The notes under the pieces: generated by a model
Databases searched by the model: none
What the model was told of the DNA's origin: nothing
The model's input: only the letters and a program-made list of their open reading frames with translations
Position numbers and translations under genes: made by a program
Part shown: positions 55,597 to 64,000 of the stretch, one piece after another
How the letters are laid out: each line of letters begins with the position of its first letter
How positions within the stretch are numbered: position 1 is the first letter of the stretch
Sequence record: KJ190158
Reading direction: 5' to 3' (one strand)
DNA from: Escherichia phage FFH2
Length of the DNA: 64,000 bases

Positions 55597-57675
55597 TTAA
55601 AAAGGTGTTTCATCATCCTCAAAACCAGGGACCGGATCAGAGGATGGATCATCGTATTGGAGGTCTTCCTGCGTGTCAATAGGCTTGACAGTGGGTGTTA
55701 CAACCTTATCAGCCACAACCTTGCCCATAGGTGTTTCTACAACTGCATGCTCTTGATCCTCAAACATAGCCTGAGGTCTCCAAACAACCTCCCCACCTTC
55801 TCCGTCTGTAAACATTTGCATTTCTTTGTCCCAGTACCAATTACTGGCATCATGGAACTTACCTGTGTGCGGGTCCATAACTAAAGTGTCAGCAATACCT
55901 AAAGTTTTTGCTGGACGGTTCTTAAGACCTACCAGACGGACACGTCCACGAGAACGATCCACCATTTCTTCGGCCTCGACACCTATGACTACCCAACTCA
56001 ACTGTTCAAGCCCAGCCGATCCTCGCAAATTCTCTTTTCGCACAGGATACCAGAAAGGTAACGGGTTACCATCTTTGTCCTTAGGAGGCACAATCTCTGT
56101 ACGTTTGAGGTGAGCGATCACCAAGATAAACACGTTAAACTGCTTACAAAACGCAGCCAGTTGGGTCATAGCCATGTCCAGTTCTTTTCGCTCATCCTTA
56201 ACATTAAGCCCTGAAATTACCATGGACAGGTGATCCAGCACAATATAACGACAATAGTACAGGCAAACCATTTGCTTAAGCTTGGTAATCAACTCGTCCA
56301 CCGGAATAGACCCGAAATGTTTGAACACTTTGATTTTTCCAGCTTTTGCCCATGATTGGTGAATCTCTGCGTGTTCTTGATCAGTTAAAAACTGGCTAGG
56401 ATCTTCAACAAACTCTTTAACATCAAACCCTAACTGGTTTGCATACAAGGAGTTAATTGCTTCCTCTGGATCCTCCTCAAGATGGATCATGCATAGACGA
56501 TCATCCTCTTCATAGTCATCGGCCTTCGGGCATGTCGGGTCCATTAAGTATCTTGCAATACAGTGTTCCAGTTTTTTAGCCACGGTTGTTTTACCGCCGC
56601 CTGATGGACCTGTAAGCATTACGAGTGTCCCTTTGTGCAAGCCTTTTAGCATTTTTTGCAGTTTTGGGAACTCTGCACTGATATCTACCCCGTTGGAAGT
56701 CTTTTTCCGCAAAGACTCGATAGAGAAGTCTTCTAAATCCGACACAGCATCAGGCACATATTTAACAGGGTGCCGGAACATGTTGACAATATCTTCCAGC
56801 TTTTTAGCCTTCAGCATGTCTCGGATATCTTTTACACCGTCAGGGTCATTTACTTCACCAGGGTATTCTACGTGGTAAACGTTATCAGCCATCAAAAATG
56901 CTGCGATATTGTGCGTGGCCTCAACACCTTTAATGACGTGTTTTTGCTTCTCTACCTCGTTAGCTGCATCGTTATCCATTGCCAGCACAACTGTTCCATA
57001 GCTACGGATAAACTTCTCATTGTTTGCAAAAGTATCTACTGCGTTTGCACATCCACAGTTAATTCCAACAAAAGGCAGGCAGGGTTTTCCTGCCAGATCA
57101 CCACCGTTGATAACTGCGTCGATCCCGTCCTGGACCTCTTTAGCCCACTGCTTCACCTTTGCCGGGGCTTTAGCGTTGGTGAGAATCCCTTTTACTTGTA
57201 TCTGATATGCAGCCTGCCATGCTGCAATAACATCACCTTCTCCCTCACAAACGTTAATCTGCTTACGGTTGTTGGAAGATGCACACAGCTTTTGACCAAA
57301 CATCTGGGAGTTGGCCTTTACGATGCCAACAACGGAGAAATGGCCCCTTTGCTCTTTAGGAATAGTCCAGTCACGCTTTTTGAAACCAGACAGATTTCCG
57401 TAGCGGTCGTAATATGGGAAATATGTTGCAGTGACTGTCACACCGTCTTCTTGGGACAATGCTGATCGCACACCAAAATATTGTGCAGCCATCAGACCGA
57501 TATTTTGTTGTGGGACAGGGACAATTTTAGTATTTTCTAAAACAGTCTCTACAGTTTCAACTTCTTTTTCATCACGATAGTCTCGTTTCACACTTCCCCC
57601 ACTTTTATACTTAGTTGCTTTCGGGTTTGGCTCACCGAAACGGTTGTATGCAGATGCCATAAATTTACTTCCCAT
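55597..57675 (-). CDS. Primase-helicase (T7 gp4-like)
   Basis: Walker A LTGPSGGGKTT in C-terminal helicase half; N-terminal primase-like half; start may be ATG 57660. Confidence 0.75.
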   Translation of the reverse strand: MGSKFMASAYNRFGEPNPKATKYKSGGSVKRDYRDEKEVETVETVLENTKIVPVPQQNIGLMAAQYFGVRSALSQEDGVTVTATYFPYYDRYGNLSGFKKRDWTIPKEQRGHFSVVGIVKANSQMFGQKLCASSNNRKQINVCEGEGDVIAAWQAAYQIQVKGILTNAKAPAKVKQWAKEVQDGIDAVINGGDLAGKPCLPFVGINCGCANAVDTFANNEKFIRSYGTVVLAMDNDAANEVEKQKHVIKGVEATHNIAAFLMADNVYHVEYPGEVNDPDGVKDIRDMLKAKKLEDIVNMFRHPVKYVPDAVSDLEDFSIESLRKKTSNGVDISAEFPKLQKMLKGLHKGTLVMLTGPSGGGKTTVAKKLEHCIARYLMDPTCPKADDYEEDDRLCMIHLEEDPEEAINSLYANQLGFDVKEFVEDPSQFLTDQEHAEIHQSWAKAGKIKVFKHFGSIPVDELITKLKQMVCLYYCRYIVLDHLSMVISGLNVKDERKELDMAMTQLAAFCKQFNVFILVIAHLKRTEIVPPKDKDGNPLPFWYPVRKENLRGSAGLEQLSWVVIGVEAEEMVDRSRGRVRLVGLKNRPAKTLGIADTLVMDPHTGKFHDASNWYWDKEMQMFTDGEGGEVVWRPQAMFEDQEHAVVETPMGKVVADKVVTPTVKPIDTQEDLQYDDPSSDPVPGFEDDETPF

Positions 57676-58429
57676 TAATTCTGCTCCTTACTACAGGCTC
57701 GTTTGCTAAGAATACGGCTTTTGCCCAGCCACGTGGTGTGAGGCTTCGGATCATCTTCGTTCTTGCACTCTTTCCACCCAGCTTGGCGTGTTGCATGGAA
57801 TACCCGCTAACCGCGTCAACTATTTGCGGGACAGGTTTTGTGGCCGGGATTATAAATCCATTACCTATCCAGCCGCAAGTTATTTTTGGATAGGCATCAC
57901 GTGGAGCTATAAATTCAGGAAACCAGGGGTTTACATCATCCTCCGGTAAATACCCGCCATAGTCAGAAGGGTGAAAACGGTAATCAGGTTTGCGCCACAG
58001 TGTGGACATAACACCCACAGGATTCTCTACATGCCACGGGCAATCGTAAATCTCTCCCAACTCTTCTGCAACCCGAGCATCCTTTACAGCATTAATCTGG
58101 ATCAGCGGGTCCTTAGCCAGCTTCTTCTTAAAGTGTGCAGCACCTGACACCGCTAAGTGGGTGCACGGAGGAAATGCAAGAACAAAGTCCGGAGCGGGGT
58201 ACATGCAGAAAGTTTCCTGAGGGAACCATGGATCAATCCAATAATCTACATAGTGAATATTTGGATGATCGGTGATCACCTCTGCATAACTGCCGTGGTC
58301 AGCACCTTCTGCATTAAAGCACAGGCACAGGTACCCAGCTTTTGCCCAGTCAATAACTGCACCACCAGACCCGTCAAATAGGCTCCACACAACACCTTTG
58401 TGGTAGTGTTCTTTGTAGATGAATTTCAA
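57665..58429 (-). CDS. DNA cytosine-C5 methyltransferase-like
   Basis: Motif I LFDGSGG, motif IV FPPCT, motif VI HVENPVG; TTG 58429 after ggagac; table GTG 58459 lies in terminator stem. Confidence 0.6.
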   Translation of the reverse strand: MKFIYKEHYHKGVVWSLFDGSGGAVIDWAKAGYLCLCFNAEGADHGSYAEVITDHPNIHYVDYWIDPWFPQETFCMYPAPDFVLAFPPCTHLAVSGAAHFKKKLAKDPLIQINAVKDARVAEELGEIYDCPWHVENPVGVMSTLWRKPDYRFHPSDYGGYLPEDDVNPWFPEFIAPRDAYPKITCGWIGNGFIIPATKPVPQIVDAVSGYSMQHAKLGGKSARTKMIRSLTPRGWAKAVFLANEPVVRSRINGK

Positions 58430-58444
58430 TTTGCTGTCTCCTAA

Positions 58445-58474
58445 TGCAAAAAGCCCCACCCTTTCGGGCAGGGC
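58445..58474 (-). terminator. Intrinsic terminator, identical to 46722-46754 hairpin
   Basis: gccctgcccgaaagggtggggc then tttttg on minus strand. Confidence 0.55.
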
Positions 58475-58480
58475 CTAATG

Positions 58481-58963
58481 TTAAACCCGGATACCTATTG
58501 TATACTCGGTGGATACCAATGTCAAATCTAAATTTAAAATTTCTTGCATCTCATAGTATGCGTCCAGGGTGAGATACATTTCCCCATCCTTTTCTACATA
58601 TTTGTCCAAGTGCTTGAGGCATTTCGGATAACTATCAAGTGCAGCTTTCAGGCACTCAAACTCTGTGCTGTTGATGAACCCTTCCATCTTGGCTACCCGT
58701 TCTGGGGTAACGATAGCACTGTAGTGAGATTTAGCTTCCTGAATGCAATGCGTCCAAGCATCAACCTTCTCTTCGAAAAGCCCGAAGAACTTCTTTTTGG
58801 TGAGCTTCAGATTCTTCAAGTGCTTAAGCACTCGGTTGCCGATTACAGCCACATCACGAAACTTAAGGATCACCTTGTCGATATCCTCGCGGCCTATTTT
58901 CACAAAGCAGGCTTCGCACATTTCAGGGGCTGCGTAACCTACTTTCCACATAAAATCTGACAT
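58481..58963 (-). CDS. hypothetical protein
   Basis: RBS aaggagaagg. Confidence 0.5.
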   Translation of the reverse strand: MSDFMWKVGYAAPEMCEACFVKIGREDIDKVILKFRDVAVIGNRVLKHLKNLKLTKKKFFGLFEEKVDAWTHCIQEAKSHYSAIVTPERVAKMEGFINSTEFECLKAALDSYPKCLKHLDKYVEKDGEMYLTLDAYYEMQEILNLDLTLVSTEYTIGIRV

Positions 58964-58975
58964 ACCGCCTTCTCC

Positions 58976-59371
58976 TTATTCCTTAAAAGCTATGATATCA
59001 TAGGAACTTGCAGATGATTCTGGTGAAGAATGACTCCAGTCCAGGTCATCAGAATAGTCAGCGTACTGTGCGCCACTACGCAGTTTGTATTTTACCCACT
59101 TACCTGGTGCAGGGTTTTCACCACCTTCCCATACTTCCCAGCCTTCTGGCAGGCCGTCCTGAGCGTAGTCATCCACCTCACTAATGATCTTAGGGTTTGG
59201 CACCAAGATCCCCGCAGGCTCTTCCTTCCGGATAAGTGTCCACACAGCGTAGGTGTCTGAGCAGGCGCATGATAGTAAAGTATATCCACTATTCAGAACT
59301 TCTGCAAGCTCTTTTTCAGCATCTTCCAATTTGGTTAAGTGGTATTGGATAATCTTCACACCTGTAATCAT
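58976..59371 (-). CDS. hypothetical acidic protein
   Basis: ORF only. Confidence 0.45.
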   Translation of the reverse strand: MITGVKIIQYHLTKLEDAEKELAEVLNSGYTLLSCACSDTYAVWTLIRKEEPAGILVPNPKIISEVDDYAQDGLPEGWEVWEGGENPAPGKWVKYKLRSGAQYADYSDDLDWSHSSPESSASSYDIIAFKE

Positions 59372-59676
59372 CAGAAACCTCCCACTTCTTCAGCAAATGC
59401 AGCTGCTGTCGTCGCTGCATCCAGATATGACTCTAGTTCACGGGCTGCACGTTTGTAAATTGAGTGGCGCATATCGTTTGGCAGTTGGTGGAAGTCCACC
59501 TCTTCACCGTTGTGGTAAACATGCACATCAGTGATTTGTCTAAATCCATAATAGTCAACATCAGAATCACGGCACTCTGGGTCTGGCAACTGGACAACTG
59601 CCTGAGCTTCCACAGTGAACATATCGTCAAGTTCGAAATCGATTTCAAAAGTGTATGGTTTATAACGTTTCATCAT
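59371..59676 (-). CDS. hypothetical protein
   Basis: RBS aaagagtac. Confidence 0.45.
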   Translation of the reverse strand: MMKRYKPYTFEIDFELDDMFTVEAQAVVQLPDPECRDSDVDYYGFRQITDVHVYHNGEEVDFHQLPNDMRHSIYKRAARELESYLDAATTAAAFAEEVGGF

Positions 59677-59689
59677 TTGATTGTACTCT

Positions 59690-61015
59690 TTATTGATCAG
59701 ACTTATCTTTCGTAATTAAGGTCGGAGTAAGTTTGTAATAGCGGAAGCCACCACCACCTTGCCAGTTTACAGACTTAGAAATACCCCCTTGATCTTCACC
59801 ATCGATCACTTTTTCCAAGCGCGGAATAATATGGGTATGACAATGATCACCTAGCTCGATTGAGATCCAACGTCTTTTCATCTTGTGAGCTACAGCAGCA
59901 GTAGTTCCCGAACCACCGAATGAATCCAATACCAAATCGCCTTCTAGCGTACACATTTCGAAAATCCGCTTCAAAAGAGCTTCTGGTTTTTTCCCATTTT
60001 TGAAACTAACGCCGCCTTCATTTGCTATTCCATTCCAACTAATGTCTGTCCAAACATCAGTTATTAGTTCTGCAGGTTGCATCTCACCGTCAATTTCCAA
60101 AAGTCTATTGGAGTAAAAGACCATTTGCCTACCATTTGCGATATAAAATCCTTCAACATCCTCATTTGGATGTACATAAACCTTATTCCTATCTCTCTTT
60201 GACTTCTCGATAGTTTCTTTTCTCTTTATTTTAGCTCCACCACCAATTGCAACAGATTGAAATACACGTTCTGCATTATCAATTGCGAATTGTGCTAATT
60301 CATCATCGAATGTATCAGGCAGTTTTTTCTTGGCTTCTTTTGCATCTTTATAGCCATTGGCCTTTGCAAACGCATCGGCAATACCGCACCACGTCCAATT
60401 TTTATAATGGTCGTCCGGGTTTAATAAGTATTTGTTATACCCTGTATCATACCCTTTAGGTATATAGATTTTGTTAAGCGGTTTCTGGGTGCGATCTTTT
60501 GCATATACAAGCAAAAAGTTTGCTGTGGAGAAAACTGTAGCTCCTGTTGCCTTAAATCCTGAAGGGGAGTTTGTGGTCATCGATATGGTATTTAACTGAT
60601 TTGCACGACCAAAAATCTCGTCCATCAAAACTTTTAAATACGCCATTTCGCAATCATCTAAGTGAACGAATATTACCCCATCATCACTTAGAAGATTACG
60701 AATTATTTCTAACCTATCCCTCATTAAGCCCAGCCAAATGGAATGCTCCAGGCTATCATCGTAGTGCTCAAAAGCCCTTCCGGTATTGAATGGTGGGTCG
60801 ATGTAAACACACTTCACTTTGCCTGTATACTCTTGCTCTAGCGCCTTCAATGCTAATAAGTTATCTCCAAAAATCAGTTTATTATCAAAAATATCGTTTT
60901 CGGTCACTTTCTGGCTGCGGTAAGACTTGCTCGAATCTTCTAACAAAATGTGCGGCTCTAGCTTTTTGCGCTCGTTTTTACCTATCCAGGTAAGTTCTAA
61001 TTTAGTTTTGCTCAT
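59690..61015 (-). CDS. DNA methyltransferase, beta-class amino-MTase (Type III Mod-like)
   Basis: Catalytic IDPPFNTG precedes AdoMet motif DSFGGSGTT; N-terminal LTWIGK. Confidence 0.7.
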   Translation of the reverse strand: MSKTKLELTWIGKNERKKLEPHILLEDSSKSYRSQKVTENDIFDNKLIFGDNLLALKALEQEYTGKVKCVYIDPPFNTGRAFEHYDDSLEHSIWLGLMRDRLEIIRNLLSDDGVIFVHLDDCEMAYLKVLMDEIFGRANQLNTISMTTNSPSGFKATGATVFSTANFLLVYAKDRTQKPLNKIYIPKGYDTGYNKYLLNPDDHYKNWTWCGIADAFAKANGYKDAKEAKKKLPDTFDDELAQFAIDNAERVFQSVAIGGGAKIKRKETIEKSKRDRNKVYVHPNEDVEGFYIANGRQMVFYSNRLLEIDGEMQPAELITDVWTDISWNGIANEGGVSFKNGKKPEALLKRIFEMCTLEGDLVLDSFGGSGTTAAVAHKMKRRWISIELGDHCHTHIIPRLEKVIDGEDQGGISKSVNWQGGGGFRYYKLTPTLITKDKSDQ

Positions 61016-61076
61016 CGTTTGGTGCTCTCCTTAGTTTTTGTGGGGAGGAGTGCCTCCCCTTTATACTCACATCTTA

Positions 61077-61418
61077 CTACTCAAGGTCTTCAGAGTCAAG
61101 CTCAAAAAGAATCAAACTGTGCATGCCTGCAGAGAGATCAACACACCCTGCAACAATAAGGGTCTGATAGTAAGGTTCAGCACCCTCAATGTCTTCGTTA
61201 AAATCTACAACAAGATAGTCACCTTTGTTAAAGGTGTATTTGTCCGATGTAAACGCAAAACCTGCCCAGTCCCCGACTGCAGGATCTTTATCAGTCACCT
61301 TTGTTAGCAGCAGGTCTTTTTCACGAGATCTTTTAGTAAAATCGTGAATCACAACATCCTTCTCTTCAGGAGTTGGATTGCCACACACGTAGTTAACTAT
61401 ATTTCTCCACAAACTCAT
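61077..61418 (-). CDS. hypothetical protein
   Basis: Stop overlaps downstream start. Confidence 0.45.
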   Translation of the reverse strand: MSLWRNIVNYVCGNPTPEEKDVVIHDFTKRSREKDLLLTKVTDKDPAVGDWAGFAFTSDKYTFNKGDYLVVDFNEDIEGAEPYYQTLIVAGCVDLSAGMHSLILFELDSEDLE

Positions 61419-62785
61419 ACGTCCCCCTCTTCTGCTCTGGTTTCAAAATCTTTCCTGACAATTTTGTCTAAGTCAGGGAATGTTGTATTGTAAAACTCTA
61501 CGACTCGCGGGTCAACAATAATGTCAACTTCTCTTAGTGGACGCAACAAGTTTATTCCTTGTATTGTCTTAACTCTACTCAAAGCGACATACGTCATCCC
61601 AGGAGAGAAAGCTCCGTTCTTTCCAAGGTCTAGGTTGTAACAATCTAGCGTAAGTCCTTGACTTTTATGAGATGTTACGGCGTACCCAGATTTCAGAGGA
61701 AGTTGCTTGTATGACCCAATCACTACCCTCTCTATAAACTTCTCCATCTTCCTTTCTGCAATGTTGTATCTTTGAGAGGGCTTATACTCGTTATTCTCCC
61801 ACAACCTCTGCTCTATGTCAACCTGTGTTCCATCTTCAAGCTCTACCACCACCGCCTTGTTCTTAAATTTAACAATTGTGGCACGTGTTCCGTTAACATA
61901 ATAAGGTACTTTGTGCGTCGGGTCAACATCGTTGGCGGTTATCATAACTTTCATGCCAATTTTCAACTTCATCTCCTGCTCAACTGGCAGGGTGGAGGGA
62001 AACTTACCCTTCATTTCACCAGTGTATACCTTCTCTGGGGCGTTGATGGCATCATAGAACCTTCTGTTTACTTCCTCTGCTTGTTTGTTGGTGGCGCAAA
62101 TTGTGAGAGCATCTGTTGGTACACCACCTTTGTAACAGCGAGCATTAAGTTCTGCTACAACCTCTTTTATGCGACGACCCTCACGAACACAGTTGAGCAT
62201 TGTGGCAAATCGAATAGACTCCTGTCGGAACTGATCTATTAGGGCTATGTTGTGGAGGTCAAGCTCTTTCCAAGATTCGGTGTAGCAACACAGGTCCGTA
62301 TGGTAGAAGTTGAAGTAGGCTTCCTTCTCCATAGAAGAGACAACAGGAGGTGCCTGGTAAAAATCGCCAAACAATATGACCTGTATGCCTCCGAAAGGTT
62401 TGTCATTTTTTCGAAGGAAGCGGAGTTTCCTATCCATCTCTATAAACTTATCAGCACGGATCATAGAGATTTCATCGATAATTAGGATGGTAAATGCCTT
62501 GCTTTTCAAAGGCTTTGCTGTTTTTGCCCTTATTGCGGTCCAGTCCGACTCCATGCTCACACCTGCTGCAAGATCGAATGTTCGGTGTGCTGTTGCTCCA
62601 TTAACGTTTAAAGCGGCTACCCCTGTCGGGGCAACCGTTATGCAAGAGTCTCCATACATTGACTGGATCATGTTGATGAGATACGTCTTCCCACAACCTG
62701 CAGGTCCTGAAACGAAGACATTCTCACCGCTCATGATTGCAATGAGGGCAGCATCTGTGCCTACGTCATACTGCCCTTTTTCCAT
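61415..62785 (-). CDS. SF1 helicase, Dda/RecD-like
   Basis: Walker A VSGPAGCGKT, Walker B LIIDEISM, motif VTSHKSQGLT. Confidence 0.75.
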   Translation of the reverse strand: MEKGQYDVGTDAALIAIMSGENVFVSGPAGCGKTYLINMIQSMYGDSCITVAPTGVAALNVNGATAHRTFDLAAGVSMESDWTAIRAKTAKPLKSKAFTILIIDEISMIRADKFIEMDRKLRFLRKNDKPFGGIQVILFGDFYQAPPVVSSMEKEAYFNFYHTDLCCYTESWKELDLHNIALIDQFRQESIRFATMLNCVREGRRIKEVVAELNARCYKGGVPTDALTICATNKQAEEVNRRFYDAINAPEKVYTGEMKGKFPSTLPVEQEMKLKIGMKVMITANDVDPTHKVPYYVNGTRATIVKFKNKAVVVELEDGTQVDIEQRLWENNEYKPSQRYNIAERKMEKFIERVVIGSYKQLPLKSGYAVTSHKSQGLTLDCYNLDLGKNGAFSPGMTYVALSRVKTIQGINLLRPLREVDIIVDPRVVEFYNTTFPDLDKIVRKDFETRAEEGDV

Positions 62786-63990
62786 TACGCCTCCTCGTAG
62801 ATAATGTCGATGATGTTACCATCACGGTCAACTACGTATTCAATCGGATCGCCATCTTTGCGTGATTCCGGTGCTGCTACGATTTCGTAGCGGCATGCAC
62901 GGCACTTAGCACTGTTGTGTTGGTATGGCACACTAACCACATCCGCAGGGTCAACCATAACCATCATTACAGTGCCATAGCCCGCTGCATACTCTTTGCT
63001 GGCGCAGTGCAGGCCATAAGAACACGCAGCTTCCGGATCATCTTCTACAAAGTTACGAGGCATGGACACAAAAGCACCCTGGTATTGTGGAACTTTACCG
63101 CTGTGCCAATCCACCCACCTGCTCCCGTTAAACTGAACCCCCTTATAGCAAATGATTCGACCATCTTCTGCAACCTGGATGTCATTAGCCTGCATGAAAT
63201 CGTAGAGCATGTTCACAGATTTTGCAGACGGGTTGCGTAGCAGACGGACAAGGAATTTAACATATCGGTCGTCCAGTGTTCCATCTACATAATCTTCCTC
63301 AATTTTCTTTGCAATGGTGGATCGCATCTCTACACCGTAGTAGTAGAGCTTACCATCTTTCATGATCAGGTTGTCTGCAAGTGTGGTGAACTCATTCTTG
63401 CGTTCCAGCCAGACAAGGATTTCACCAATTGCCTCGTCATATTCCTGAACAGAGATATGATCGAAGACTTTCTGGTAAACTTCCTCACTTTCGCTGCGGC
63501 GAATTTCAAAAATGCCTTCGTTGCAGGTGATCTGGAGGAGTTCCCCGCAAATAACTACCAAAGGCTCGATGCTTCGAGTCTGTTGCTGAGACACACTGCT
63601 CACCACCTCCAGCACCGGATCTTTGACTTCTACTAAAGGTTCTTCTGACTTGATTGCCACTCCAGTGAACCCCACACCGTGAACAACACACAGTGGGTAT
63701 ACCACACCCCAACGTTTAACGGAACCTTCCCCTAAGTCTAAGATCATGGCGTACTTACCGTTATCTTCCAGCCCATATCGAAATAAACGGGCCTCTTCAC
63801 GGGTTTCAAAATCCTCACGGGTGTAGCAGACGCTGTCACGGTCAGGATCGAACAGCTCTGGGGCACCTACTGCCAGTGTCCAGGTTGTGTCACCTTTCTC
63901 AATGGCACATGTGAAACCCTTCTTCTCAAGTTCTGCACGGCGGTCGCGTGCTTCTTTACGAGTTTTGAAATGTTCGTAGATGAAAATCAT
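62785..63990 (-). CDS. hypothetical protein (401 aa)
   Basis: Large ORF heading replication block; no motif recognised by eye. Confidence 0.5.
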   Translation of the reverse strand: MIFIYEHFKTRKEARDRRAELEKKGFTCAIEKGDTTWTLAVGAPELFDPDRDSVCYTREDFETREEARLFRYGLEDNGKYAMILDLGEGSVKRWGVVYPLCVVHGVGFTGVAIKSEEPLVEVKDPVLEVVSSVSQQQTRSIEPLVVICGELLQITCNEGIFEIRRSESEEVYQKVFDHISVQEYDEAIGEILVWLERKNEFTTLADNLIMKDGKLYYYGVEMRSTIAKKIEEDYVDGTLDDRYVKFLVRLLRNPSAKSVNMLYDFMQANDIQVAEDGRIICYKGVQFNGSRWVDWHSGKVPQYQGAFVSMPRNFVEDDPEAACSYGLHCASKEYAAGYGTVMMVMVDPADVVSVPYQHNSAKCRACRYEIVAAPESRKDGDPIEYVVDRDGNIIDIIYEEA

Positions 63991-64000
63991 CTTGGTCTCC

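Noticed and set aside
55657-57465. Plus-strand ORFs antisense to primase-helicase including the 231-aa ORF 56770-57465
   Set aside because: Shadow ORFs opposite a gene with clear Walker motifs; low-complexity Cys/Leu-rich translation, no RBS.
58430-58459. ORF-track GTG start at 58459 for the C5 methyltransferase
   Set aside because: It lies within the stem of the terminator hairpin 58453-58474; an internal TTG at 58429 has an RBS.
1-64000. Integrase, repressor or attachment site indicating a temperate phage or prophage boundary
   Set aside because: No integrase, CI-like repressor or att-like repeats seen; gene content fits a virulent phage.

Overview
This window reads as a segment of a large virulent dsDNA phage, with sigma70-type promoters and GGAGG ribosome-binding sites suggesting an enterobacterial-type host. 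All calls are from reading the sequence and ORF track by eye; no database search or RNA folding was run. Layout: (1) 1-29.4 kb, rightward block with RuvC-like and EndoVII-like resolvases, an exonuclease, two adenine methyltransferases, nucleotide metabolism (dNMP kinase-like, 5'-nucleotidase, ThyX-like, NrdA/NrdB, glutaredoxin, NrdD split by an intron, NrdG), PhoH, a ClpP-like protease, a ribosome hibernation factor homolog and a tandem array of small acidic paralogs; (2) 29.4-31.8 kb, ORF-free repeat-dense region; (3) 31.8-42.2 kb, leftward cluster of about 30 small genes with their own promoters and hairpins; (4) 42.3-43.2 kb, second ORF-free region with tandem repeats and Fur-box-like sites; (5) 43.2-64 kb, leftward replication block with SSB-like protein, macro-domain protein, family A DNA polymerase split by an intron at motif C, HNH endonucleases, primase-helicase, Dda-like helicase, and C5 and beta-class methyltransferases. 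The two ORF-free repeat regions are the best candidates for something undescribed.
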